The notes under the pieces are model-generated. The model searched no databases. It was not told where the DNA came from and worked only from the letters and a program-made list of their open reading frames with translations. Below, piece by piece: positions 36,701 through 49,480 of a stretch of DNA of 64,000 bases. The DNA lies in contig NC_042997.1 in assembly GCF_006345805.1 (NCBI RefSeq), positions 66,712,001-66,776,000 of the forward strand, given 5' to 3'. Each line of letters opens with the position of its first letter. Position 1 is the stretch's first letter. The DNA is from Octopus sinensis. Its lineage: Eukaryota. Position numbers and translations under genes: made by a program.

Positions 36701-38591
36701 GACATAGCCTATCATTCAGTTTAACACCACCAACAGACTCCTAAGTGCCTTCATTACAGTTCACTCTGCTCCAAGAATTTGAGCCAGTCTAAGAGTGACT
36801 GCTCGTCCTTCCACTAATCTAGAAGCCCTATAAAAGCTATGAGCACAGTTCTTCCTCCTCTGAGAAAACAATAGAAATAATGTCATGTATTCAAATTAAA
36901 CCAAGGTTTGCCTTTCATCTCTCTAGAGTTGAAAAAGAAAGCTCCCACTAATGTATTAGGACCTTCTTTTATGGCCTCGAGCCTAAATAAAAATCAATTT
37001 TTATTCATGTAATTCTATAAACTGGGATCATAATTCTGTGAGGCTCCATTTTAACCATTCATCCTACAAAGGTCAATAAAATAAGTATCAATAAAATGTT
37101 AAAATGTAATTTATTCAGTTAAATATATAAAATATATTTAATGAAATAATAAGTAGAATAAAATAAATAATCAAAACAAACCAATATTTATATTCATTTT
37201 TCCTTTTTATAGGATGATGTGAAATGATGGGTCAGACTATCTATTCAAGAGTAAAATGTTCATATCCACAGTAGATGTTTAATTCAAGTTTCTGAGTGGA
37301 ACATTTGCTTTTTGTCTCTTTTTGCATCAAATTGATCTGGCGGAAGAGCTTTGTATCTATGGTGTGTACAAATCTTTCAAGATCAATACTTCAATTTACT
37401 CTTCAAAATAGATACCAACAGGCCTTCTGGATCTTATTAGCTATGATATACAATATCCTAACCGGGAGGAGTGACACATGAGGAGAAGTAGGTAAAGTGA
37501 GCGAGTTTAGCTAGAAATAATGCACTAGATAAGTGGCTCCCAACTCTTTCATTACCAAGAACTCTTTTCTTTTAAATGAATTTTCCATCAGACCCTAAGA
37601 TTTTGAAAAAGATCTGTCTACTCAAACTAACATCAAACTTACTTTCCCAGTTTCATCTTTCAGTTTAGAAATATATTCAACTGAAAAATCATGCATTTTA
37701 CACTGCAGCCTTTTAAAAATTTTGAGCATAGCTCATGGGCTCCTCTCACCCCAGTAATATCATTGTGGACTTTCAAATGTTTGTGGACTACCAGGTTGAA
37801 ACCATCATGCAAAATGATTAATGGCTCTCAATCTTTTTTGACTTCAAAACACACTGGAAATTAAACAAAATAAAAAAAACATTTACTGGTGCACATCACC
37901 AGGAAAATTAAGCCAAACTATGTTTGAAATATGGAAAACTATTGCTTACAAGATGTTCAAGCATTAGCATGAATGTTCTGTTGCCTTAAATTTTATATTT
38001 AAAAATCCATGGTGCACTGAGATTCCTTTGCAGGGCACCAGTCTGCCGCAACAAACCATTTGAAAATATCATTGTACTACATAATCAGCAAGCTCAAACA
38101 ATAATTATCATCATTGTTTTTTGCATCCGCTTCTTCCATTGAGACAGTATTCTATGATCAGATTCCATTCCTGTTGCAACCACTGTTTTTTCTAGTAGAA
38201 CTTATGAGTTGGCAAACTTTTCCTTTTCCTTTACAAATGAGACAAACAATGTCACTGCTGCCCTAGCAATATTAATACAGAAAAAAATATGCTTGCACCT
38301 GTACATGTATATATGTACGTGTGTATATATATAATATGTATATATAATATATATATATATGTATGTATATATGCGTATATATGTATACATGTATCCATCT
38401 AATTATCTATACATACATACATACACAAACACACACACACAACAAGTTTCTGTGCAGTTTCCTTCAACCAAATTTCACTCACAATACATTAGCCAACCCA
38501 ATCTATAAGCTATAGTAGAAGACAATTGCTGAAGGTGCCATGTAGTAGGATCGAGCATGAAACCACATGGCTGCTATGTAGCCAGGCCTAT

Positions 38592-39266
38592 CTATCTATC
38601 TATCCGCTCAGTTGAAGTCGACTCTCGGTTACTCGATGGATCAGTGTCCTCCAGTCAGTTCTATCCTGGGTCGCTTCTTTCAGATTGGCTATGTCCATTC
38701 CGGTATCACTCTTGATTGCATCAAGCCAGCAGGTTCTTGGTCGGCCTCTTCCTCTCTTGCTACTGACCATTCTGAGCATGATGTCCTTCTCCAGGTATTT
38801 TCTCTGCATAATATGACCAAAATATGCCAATCTATGCTTGGTAATCCTAGCTTCTAGCAAAATTTTCGGCCTGATCTGCTTAAGAACTTCTCCATTGGTG
38901 AGCCTCGCTGTCCATGGAATCCGTAAAAGTCTTCTCCAACACCAAAGCTCGAATGCATAAATTCTCTTCTGGTCAGCTTTCTTTAGTGTCCAGGTCTCGC
39001 ATCCATATGTTGCTATTGGGAAGACAATTGCATTCACCAATCTGCATTTGGTAGCGAGTCTGATGTCTCTACTCTTCCAGACCTTGCTCATGCTGACCAC
39101 TGCCTCTCTGCCTAGTACCTCTCCGTCGTCTTATTTCTGGAGTGCAGTCATCATCTCGATTTATTTTGGAGCCAAGGAAGATGAAATCATCAACCACTTC
39201 GATCTCTTCATTATTGATCTTGATGCTGATGTTTGTTGTGGCTGCTGTTGACATGATCTTCGTTTA
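38592..39266 (-). mobile_element. BovB-like RTE LINE, 5'-truncated, with 13-bp TSD
   Basis: FIFLGSKI, TYGCETWTLKKADQKRIYAFELWCWRRLLRIPWTAR, YFGHIMQR and KRGRGRPRTCWLD. One frameshift near 39120. (GATA)n tail. TSD tagccaggcctat at 38579-38591 and 39267-39279. Confidence 0.93.
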
Positions 39267-39699
39267 TAGCCAGGCCTATATCTTTTGAAATTACTATGTT
39301 AGTAGTATGGAGAGATGGATACTAGTTTCACACTGGAATGGAACAGACACTAAACTAAACTCCTAATAATTCATCTTCATGACACATGCAATTTTCAGTA
39401 GGAACTATTTTTCTTCACTGGCTTGACAAAAACTTTTAGGAAAGGCTTAAATCTCATCATTTCTCTTTTGTTGGTTTAAGAAAAGTAAGGCTAAACTAGG
39501 AAAGCTGATGTAATCTCAAAGAGTGAACCAAACCCTTGTAATTTATTAATATTTAATTTCTTGATCTCCTTGTGGAACATAAAGTTGTTATTAGGATATT
39601 TTGCTGTTCGTTTGTATTATTTATAAATTTTACTCTAATCTTCTTCCTACTAATCACATAGGCAACAAATTACTTAATTTCTATCTTTAACCTGTCTCT

Positions 39700-40900
39700 G
39701 TTGTCTTAACTACAATCTATATCACAACTTCTTTCTGAGAGGAAGCACATGCACTTACAAAGAACTCACTCTCCCAACTACTCTCATATCTTATCTGAGT
39801 ATTAGCGAGAAAGGCTTCCAATTTCTCTGGCTTAAAGCCTTTCTTCCATTCTTCAAATTCCAACCACCAGACTTATCTCTAATCCAGCATAGATGACATC
39901 TATCATGACTCAACATGACCTTTCTTAGCTCTCTTATATATGAGTTGTTTGTTATTGTGACCCATCTACTCAAGTTATTATCATCCCTTATCTGCATCTC
40001 TGATCCAAACCTCTTATTTATATCCAAACTCAGCTTTACATTGCCAATGCCATCTCTTCACCATCATGTTTGACTGCTACCTAAGCAAAGCAACCACTCC
40101 CATCTTCCTAACATACAACAACCTGTGCTCATTAAACCCTCTGGTACTACAAGTCAGCTAACTGGTCAAATCTGCAGCAATTCTGCACTTCATACTTTTG
40201 GAAGCATCTCTGATCTATTTGAAATAATTAAACCAGTGTCTAATACTATCCTACTATGCATGCTCTCTGACATTGCACACACAGCTAAAGCCCACAATAT
40301 CTAAAGAGACAATTTACTTGCACCCACAAGGTAAAAAACACTATATTTGGAGAAAAACTTTCTGTAAAGTATGTAGAAGGTAAATTCTGAGCTAAGAAGT
40401 TAACCTAGTTTTAGTTACTATGTCACTAATGTCTCTTTTGAGTCACATACATGCCCTAAGATTTGAAGCCCTGTCCATGAGATACCTTGTGGTTATCTAA
40501 ATGTGTGAAATATGTCTCAAAGTGAGTGACCACCAGTACAGCCTCTGTAGAAGTTAAATCTATCAGAAATTTGCTCTCTAAAGTCATACAAATGTGATCT
40601 TTCGTCTTTCTGAATTTTAGTAAATGTAATTTTACTGCTCTTTGACATTAGCAAAGCCTGTAACTGTGTCTGGCATGTAAACCTCTCTGTTCTCAGCTCA
40701 TAGATTGAAAGTTTTCTATAACATCACTATAATCTGCTGATAAGTCTCCTTCTAACACATTCAATTAATTCTATTGTAATCAAAAATTTGGTTATGTTTC
40801 TGGTACTCTTCTTTCAATTTATAAATGGTCTATTTTTGCCATCATATCTAGCAACACAAATTCTTATTCAGTAGCCACCCTTAACTTTTTATATCTAACT
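39700..40900 (+). mobile_element. Very degenerate CR1/L2-like LINE remnant
   Basis: Only scattered RT-like fragments are visible (IDDI-like, KATTP), with many stops. Confidence 0.35.
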
Positions 40901-40989
40901 TAGATGCTTTATATTAAAAGGGTAAAGACTTCCTTCAATCATGAATAACCATGGGATTACACATAGCTTAAATGCTTTATACTAAAAGG

Positions 40990-41330
40990 CTAAAGACCTC
41001 CTACGGTCATGAATGATCATGGGATTGCACCTAGAAAGTTGCCCTTTGAGGCACAAGTCCAGGCAAAGTTGTTTATGGAAGACCAGCAGTCAACCATACA
41101 TACCAGTCTCCCCTCTCCATGCCACCAATGTTGCCCAAGGGAAAAGCAAAGACTGATACAGCTTGGCACCAGTGATGTTGCAACTCATTTCTACAGTTGA
41201 GTGTACTAGAGCAACATGAAATAAAATGTCTTGCTGAAGAATACAATACACGGCCTGGTCCAGGAATCAAAGTCACTACCTCATGACTGCAAGCCCAACA
41301 CTCTAACCACTGAGCTTTGTGCCTTCACTG
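40990..41330 (-). mobile_element. tRNA-derived SINE family C
   Basis: The tRNA-like head is at the right end. The body (catgggattgcac...ggaagaccagcagtc...gatacagcttggcacc) recurs at 45445-45750 and partly at 55720-55870. Confidence 0.8.
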
Positions 41331-41671
41331 TAGATGCTTTATACTAGTCCTGCACTATTTCAATTAATGGAGGTCTCAATAGAACTTTTCAAACAAAGTC
41401 ATGACAACCTAGTCTCTGTCAACAATAGAAAGACAATTACTACACTTAACAAAGAAACACTGAACCTAAACCCTCAAAATGGCTACAAAGATTAGGTCCC
41501 AGAATTTTTGATGAAGACTTCCAAATCTAAGTCTTGTAAAAACTTAGTTTCCTCTTCTGAGCAATAAAATATCCATCATTTGTCAATGAGGGTTCAGTGG
41601 TTCAGTAAACAGGATTATCTGTTCCTGAATAAACATGTAAGTAGCTGAGTATTCCACAGACATGTCAAACT

Positions 41672-41853
41672 TTAAACTCTTTAGCATTTAAATTATTCTG
41701 CCAAATGTAAAGCTTATTTATTCAGTGTTTTGCATATAACATGCATTATCTTGCAGCTTCAAAATTTCAATGATGTGATTATTTACTTTAGAATGAGATT
41801 GTAGAGTAGGTGTGAGAGGTCACATCTAGTCAGTTTAAGTGTCAAAGGGTTAA
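41672..41853. mobile_element. TTAA-flanked MITE inserted into a SINE
   Basis: ttaaactctttagcatt ... aaagggTTAA. The flanks rejoin into a sequence seen uninterrupted at about 51210-51370. Confidence 0.65.
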
Positions 41854-42324
41854 CGTAATTCTCACATGAAATCAGTGTGACATTGTGTGTTAAGGTTGTG
41901 CCTTTTGAATTACTGTTACAAACCACCGGGCTTCTACATAATTTCACTCGTGAGGTAGGGTCGGCCTAAGGCTATAGAAAATGATATTTGTCTAAGATTC
42001 CATGATGTGGGAATGAATCTGAGACCTGGTGGTTGCAAAGCAAGCTTCTTAACTATTTGGCCATTCATCACCAATGGTATCATATGTAACGTATACTAAT
42101 CCTAATCTACTCAATAAATACAAAACTAAATATTTCTCTTTATCTTTTCCTTTTAGAATTGGATCTTGGAACTGTCTTGAGTGCCATACATTGTTTATTT
42201 GTTTAAGGTAGTGTTTCTCAATCATTTTTTAACTATGAACTCCTTTGATTCCTATTTTAAACAGATGAGCTCCCCTGGCTATTCAGTGTTTAAAAATTCT
42301 TTTATATTTTTATCATTAAATATT

Positions 42325-44085
42325 ATTCTTTTACTTGTTTCAGTCATTTGGCTGTGGCCATGCTGCAGTACTGCCTTAAAGGATTTTCTTAGTTGAAGAA
42401 ATCAACCCCTGGACTTATTCTTTGTAAGCCTGGTACTTATTTATCAGTTTCTTTTGTTGAACTGCTAAGTTACAGCGATGTAGTACACCAGCATCAGTTG
42501 TCAAGTGATGGTAGCAGGACAAACACAGACACAAGGATACACAATCATCATCATCATCATCATCGTTTAGCGTCCGTTTTCCATGCTAGCATGGGTTGGA
42601 CGGTTCTACTGGGGTCTGTGAAGCCAGAAGGCTTCATCAGGCCCAGTCAAATTTGGCAGTGTTTCTACGGCTGGATGCCCTTCCTAACGCCAACCACTCC
42701 GTGAGTGTAGTGGGTGCTTTTTACGTGCCACCCGCACTGGTGCCAGACAGAGCTGGCAAACGGCCACGAACGGATGGTGCTTTTTATGTGCCACCGGCAC
42801 GAGGGCCAGGTGAGGCTGGCAACGGACATGAAACGGGGCGGTGCTGGCAACGGTCGCGAAACGGAAAGTTCTCTTACATGCCACCGGCACTGGTAACACA
42901 TCTGCAATTTCCATTGATCGATTTCCATTGATCGATTTCGATTCTGATCGTCACTTGCCTCAACGGGTCTTCACAAGCAGAGTTTTGACATGCCACCGGC
43001 ACTGGTAGCACATCCGCAATTTCCATTGATCGATTTCGATTCTGATCCTCACTTGCCTCATCACGTCTTCACAAGTAGAGTTTTGTGTCCCAAGAAGGGA
43101 AGGTATGCATACGTAGGCTGGCTCCATCCCATGTAGAAGGCCACGGGTTATGGATTCACTTGTCCTGCCGGGTCTTCTCGCGCACAGCACACTTCCAGAG
43201 GTCTCGGTCTCTAGTCATTTCCTCAGTGAGACCTAAAGTTCGAAGGTCGTGCTTCACCACCTCGTCCCAGGTTTTCCTGGGTCTGCCTCTTCCACAGGTT
43301 CCCTCAACCGCTAGGGTGTGGCACTTTTTCACACAACTATCTTCATCCATTCTCGCCACATGACCATACCAGCGCAAACGTCTCTCTTGCACACCACAAC
43401 TGATGCTTCTTAGGTCCAGCTTTTCTCTCAAGGTACTTACACTCTGCCGAGTGTGAGTACCGGCATTACACATCCATCGGAGCATACTGGCTTCATTTCT
43501 AGCGAGCTTACGCATATCCTCAGCAGTCACGGCCCATGTTTCACTGCCATGTAGCATGGCTGTTCGTACACACGCATCATACAGTCTGCCTTTCACTCTG
43601 TGCGAGAGGCCTTTTGTCACCAGCAGAGGTAAGAGCTCTCTGAACTTTGCCCAAGCTATTCTTACTCTAGCAGTTACACTTTCAGCACACCCGCCCCCGC
43701 TGCTGACTTGGTCACCTAGGTAACGGAAACTATCAACTATTTCTAGTTTTTCTCCCTGGAAAGTGACGGAAGTTGGTCTCAGAGCATTTTCAGTGTTTAT
43801 TGTTCCTGAGCATCTGCCACATACAAAAACCATCTTCCTAGTTAGCCTTCCTTTGACATTGCTGCATCTCTTATGTGTCCATAGCTTACACTTGGTGCAT
43901 CTTATAGATATATATATATATATGACAGGCTTCTTCCAGTTTCCATCGACCAAATTCACTCACAAGGCTTTGATCAGTGTGAGGCTATAGTAGAAGACAC
44001 TTGCCCAAGGTGCCACACAATGATTCTGAACATGGAACCATGTGACTGAGGAACAAACTTCTTACCACACAGCCATGCCTGTGCC
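42325..44085 (-). mobile_element. SINE family A copy split by the RTE insertion
   Basis: Left half 42325-42545 and right half 43906-44085 rejoin at the internal microsatellite. Confidence 0.75.
42546..43905 (-). mobile_element. RTE-clade LINE 3' portion (young, near-identical to the 14.6-kb copy)
   Basis: ORF 43156-43959 has FRYLGD, RIAWAKFRELLPLL, GSETW, RLRWYGH and GRGRPRKTW. Same 3' UTR and (GAT)n tail as the 14.6-kb copy. Inserted in the microsatellite of a SINE. Confidence 0.95.
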
Positions 44086-44662
44086 TATTAGGAATTGTAT
44101 TAAAAAATTGTTAAAATACTTTGAGAATCGTAGAAGTATAGCAAATTTATTACAGACAAATTTTAATAACAAAATTTTATATGGATGGACCCTGCTTGAG
44201 AACCACTGGCTTAGGGCTTAGATAGAGGAGAAAGGAAAGTGTCTATGCTCTTTTATGACCCTTCAAGACTTCTAGGAGGGAGGGTGTAAGTCATCCTCAC
44301 ACTGAAGCACTGGTTTAAATGCTTGCAACAGAATGGATTTTTTAAAGGTTCCTGAGGGTCAGGGGATGCTATAAAACTGAGAGAATGGATTAAGCCTACA
44401 CCCCAAAACAAAAACTATATCTGCCTCCAAATTTCATTAATAAGGTTTGGGTCCACCTTAAGCTATGTTACAAAACTCTTGCACAATGTGCCTTGCAATG
44501 GTATTGAAAGCAATTCACATAAATACAAAAGGAACATCTAAATGAGACAGTCATGCTTGCATCTAAATACAGTTCCCTCCCAAACAATAAATTTTCTAAC
44601 ATTTCAAATAAAACATTAACTTCATCAACCTCACTTCTAGTGCTTGTTTTTTGAATTGCATA

Positions 44663-44870
44663 ATTCTTTCTACCATGGGCACAAGGCCTGAAATGTTGAG
44701 GGAGGAGGCTAGTCAATTATATTAGGCCCAGTACTCAAAGGGTGCATAATTTATTGACCCACGAAAGATGAAAGGCAAAGTTGATCTTGATGGAATTTGG
44801 ATCCAGAACATGAAGCCAAAAGCCGTTTAGCATTTTGTCCAACTTGCTAATGATTCTGCCAACTTACTGA
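44663..44870 (-). mobile_element. SINE family B copy
   Basis: Reverse complement of the family B pattern. Confidence 0.75.
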
Positions 44871-45444
44871 CTTGCTTTGAACTAAATAATACATTAAAAT
44901 TAAAAAACAACTTGCTTCAGGTATGTTCAAGTTAACAAAGTAGTTGCTATGTGGATGTTCAGTTTCCTAGAAATAAGTCAGGATATCTATAAAAAAATTA
45001 TACTACAATATCTTTAAAAGAAGTAAAAAAAAAATGAATGGCTAATTTAGTTGTTTATGCACAGCATCTGATAAAGGTGTGTAGTTTAGTAGGTAGAGTG
45101 TTGGACTCATGATAATAAGATCATGGGTTCATTTCCTAGACCTGACTTTGTCATACATTGCTTCAGTCCACTCAGTTGATGACAAGTACCAGTAGCAGCT
45201 GGGGATTAACTATGCAATGGACTGCTATTTTATTTAGCAATGGATTTTGTACTGTTTCATTCACTTAATGTTTCAGAAAATGGGACACAGGCCTAATGAT
45301 TCTGAAGACTGAAGATAGACTTTTATTATTTTATATCACATCTAAAAGAAAAAAAGAAAAAAGAAAAGAAAAGACAGTCATAGTTAGCAAACTTTTGATC
45401 ATAGCATTCTTTAATCTCAGGGCTACATACATACATACATATAT

Positions 45445-45750
45445 ACATATGACCCCCTTCAGTCATGGATGACCATGGGATTGCACTTAGAAAGTTCCCC
45501 TCCGAGGCACAAGTTTGGGCAAAGTTATTTATGGAAGACCAGCAGTCGCCCATACATACCAGCTACCCGTCTCCATACTACCAATGTTATCCAAAGGAAA
45601 GGCAAAGGCCAATACAGCTTGGCACCAGTGACATTACAACTCATTTCTATAGCTGAGTGAACTGAAGCAACATGAAAGAAAGTGCCTTACTCAAGAACAC
45701 AACACAGACCCCAGTTCTGGAATTGAACTCATTATCTCATGATTGTGAGG
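45445..45750 (-). mobile_element. SINE family C copy
   Basis: Aligns by eye with 40990-41330. Confidence 0.8.
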
Positions 45751-45804
45751 ACTGACCCAGTATTAACCAACAACTACAACAATAGTTACTTTGCTATTGT
45801 AAGA

Positions 45805-46032
45805 TTAACTCTTTAGCATTTAAACCAATCATATCTGGCTCAAATATTCGACCTGTTTTATGTTCAAACTGGCTAGATCTGGCCTCTCACAATTACCCTA
45901 CAATGTTGTTCTAAAAATAGTGAATGACATTGTGGAAATCTCAAAAGTATGACGCCAGGCATGATTAATTCAAAACAATATGAATAAATATCCATCATGT
46001 TTGACAGAATAATCTGATTGTTAAAAGGTTAA
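45805..46032. mobile_element. TTAA-flanked MITE (piggyBac-like termini)
   Basis: TTAActctttagcatt ... aaaggTTAA. The internal sequence is shared with three other copies in the window. Confidence 0.7.
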
Positions 46033-47012
46033 AGGAGCAGTTAATTACAAACACTGGTGGTGAACATACATTGTTATTTGTAGCAAACTATCTGAATAGA
46101 TACTAAGATTTAAAAAAAAAAACACCTTAAAATAACAAATAACTATCTGTATGGTTGCTACTGTTGTTTATGTAGTCCATGGTCAGCTCTAATCAAGCAG
46201 ATCTATGACCATAAGCAATCCCCCCATGAATATCCTGTCTTCTGCTTTTCTTTTTTTCAAGCAAACTTTCCGATGTATCTTTTCTATTTTGAAGACAGTA
46301 AAGTGTGGTTTGAGAGATATTTGGTTGCTATTTCTAGCAGCTTGAACAACCATATAGAGGCTCAATTTTCTTATACAGAAAAATATTACAAATATTATAG
46401 CAAGCAAACCCATATGCACACACACAAAATACACATACAAAGCACATAGATGTGCATACACACACACACACACACACACAAACACAAATACAGTCACAAA
46501 TGCATGTGCAGATAAGGATAAGCATCATAGAGAGACAGAATGGACTAAACAGAACAGGAAGAAACACGTGGATGGAAGAGTTGCTGAAGAGATCACAGAT
46601 GTGTGATGAAAGATTTCCAGACAATAGACATAAGATAAAATAAGACAATAATAAATTAGTGAAGAATTAACAAATAGTGTGTGTTTATTTGGCAAGAAAA
46701 AAAATGACCATCCCAAAATATAAGAAAAATATTAAATGTTTTATAAGAGAACAAAACAAGTTTGAGTTCATCTACAGATGGAACCAATTAATTTTTATTA
46801 TGAGTTTAATGTTGTTTAAAGTAAGCAAATATGCAGATGAATCTAAAAATAATGAACGACAATCTAAAGTTTGCTAAATGAGATATTTAATTGGACAATT
46901 AAGTCTATAAAAAATTAATTCCTGCCAGAATTGATAGAGTGCAATGGAGACATTCTTAAGAAATGTAAATTTATTTCTTGTGTTTCATTGACTTTCGTTT
47001 GTCTTTCTTATA

Positions 47013-47928
47013 TCATCATCATCGTTTAACGTCCGTTCTCCATGCTAGCATGGGTTGGACGGTTTGACTGGGGATCTGGGAAGCCAGGAGGCTGCACCAG
47101 GCTCCAGTCTGATCTGGCATTATTTCTACAGCTGGATGCCCTTCCTAACGCCAACCACTCCATGAGTGTAGTGGGTGCTTTTTACGTGCCACCTGCACAG
47201 GTGCCAGGCGAGGCTGGCAACAGCCACGATCGGATTGGTGCATTTTACGTGCCACCGGCACGGAAGCCAGCTGAGGCAGTACTGGCATCGGCCACAATTT
47301 AGAGGGTGCTTTTCACGTGCCACCGGCACGGAAGCCAGTCGAGGCGACGCTGGCATCGGCCACGATTCGGATAGCGCTTTTTACGTGCCACCAGCACAGA
47401 AGCCAGTCTAGGCAGCGCTGGCATCGGCCACCTACAGATGGTACTGTTTACGTGCTACCGGCTCAGGGATCACAACTGCAGTTTCTATTGATTTTGATGT
47501 CGGTGTACTTGACTTAATGGATCTCCTTAAGCACAGGGTCGAAATGGTGTTTCTTCACTTGCCACCTGCACAGGAGTCAGTCCAGCGGTCCTGGCAACTG
47601 CCGGGTGCCAGTCATAGGATTGGTTCAATTTCGATTCTGATTTCGATTTCGATTTCACTTGCCCCAACAGGTCTTCGCAATCAGAGTTTAGTGTCCAATG
47701 AAGGGATGTTGGCATGGGTGCCTGTCATCGGATGAGGTTCGATTTCGACTTCGCTTGCCTCAACAGGTCTTTGTGTGTCCAAGGGAGGAAAGACATGCAT
47801 AAGCAGGCTGGACTCACTTGTCCTGCCTGGTTTTCTCACGCACAGCATATTTCCAAAGATCTCGGTCGCTGGTCATTGCCTCGGTGAGGCCTAAAGTTCG
47901 AAGGTCGTGCTTCACCACCTCGTCCCAG
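47013..47928 (-). mobile_element. RTE LINE 3' end (last ~38 codons plus modular 3' UTR), related subfamily
   Basis: WDEVVKHDLRTLGL...DK-stop followed by a 3' UTR with gtgccaccggcac repeats and a (GAT)n tail. Confidence 0.9.
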
Positions 47929-48499
47929 TAATATTTTAAGTAAAAAGTTTGTTGTCTGTACTTAACCAGATGTAATAACTTGTCCTAAACTTTTCCAAGT
48001 GTAATAACCTGTCCTGTAATTTTCCAGGTTTATAATCTTAAGAAAATTATTTCCCTTGCTCACATTTTTTCATATAATATAGTATGGGAGTATGGGTCAT
48101 AACTGATGGAGAATGTTCCAGCTCATTTTCAATCAGTGCTGGTGTAAAACAGGGTGCTATCTTTTATATTTTACCTTTAACTTTTTTCAGTCATTAGACT
48201 GTAACCATGCTGGGACATTATGGTGGTGGAGGACAAACACAGACACAAACAACAAACACACATGCATATGTGTATGTATATATGTGGGTCAAAACAGTTT
48301 GATTCAAACTTGTTGGTACTTGGACTTTTAAGCATGATGCTAGTCTTCAACCATTTTGAATTTGAATGAAAGCAGTTGATTGATATATCTGTAAGGTGGG
48401 CTGCAATTGGTTGATGAAGTTCACGCAGTGTTGTAGTTTGATGTGTGTATATATATATATATCTATATATATATATATGTATGTATGTAAAAGAAGCCC

Positions 48500-48568
<69 letters not shown>

Positions 48569-49329
48569 ATGTATGTATATATATATACAAAAACAGCCAT
48601 ACCAACAATGCAACATACTTCCATCATCAGCTGCTTCATGGATATCATTGTGGTTTCAACACCTGGGCAGTACGATTCAATCTGGCAGTGTCAACAGCAC
48701 TAAAATAAGTAATGTTTGGGAACAAAGATACTAAAGAAACCACAACTTTTAAACACATTTACCCTGTATACATATGCACACACACACATATATATATATA
48801 TACACACACACATATATATACACACACACACACATATATATACACAAACACATACAGACATAGACACACACATGCATATATATATATGATGGGATTCTTT
48901 GTTTCTCTCTACCAAATCCACTCATGGCTTTAGTTGGCACAAGACACTTGACCAAGGTACCGTGTAGTGGGATTGAATCCAGAATCATGTGGTTGGGAAG
49001 CAAACTTCTTACCACATAGCCACTCTATTTTCCTTTTATTTTGCAACAGTTCTGTTTCTTTTTTCAATTGTTTTTAAGAGACTGCACTGAATGTATTTAC
49101 AAATATTACCCAATAACTGATAAGTTATTCAATAGCAAATGGCTTAATTCTAAATTACACAATTTTGTATCTCTACTAAAGAGAACTCTTGAATGATAAT
49201 GAATATGATATTATCTCACACAATGATAAAAATTATGGATAGAATTTCATTGGAATGTAGCGTGTTAGGCCACACTATAAATCTTCATAAAACTGTTCTT
49301 TATCAGCTCTGCTATGAAAAAGCTCATGT

Positions 49330-49480
49330 GGATCGTAAATATAATGATTATATAGTAAAACTTTGAAATATACATCTTCCTTAAAATATCTTGGCCACAA
49401 AGATGCAAATCTTCATGAAGCTGTAAATAGAATTCTGAAGTCATGGATATCTTTTGGAGAATTACAATCTTGGCTATAGT
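49330..49480 (+). mobile_element. Degenerate LINE RT C-terminal remnant
   Basis: SLKYLGHKDANLHEAVNRILKSWISFGEL resembles the YLG...E..RI..AW..F..L motif. Confidence 0.4.
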
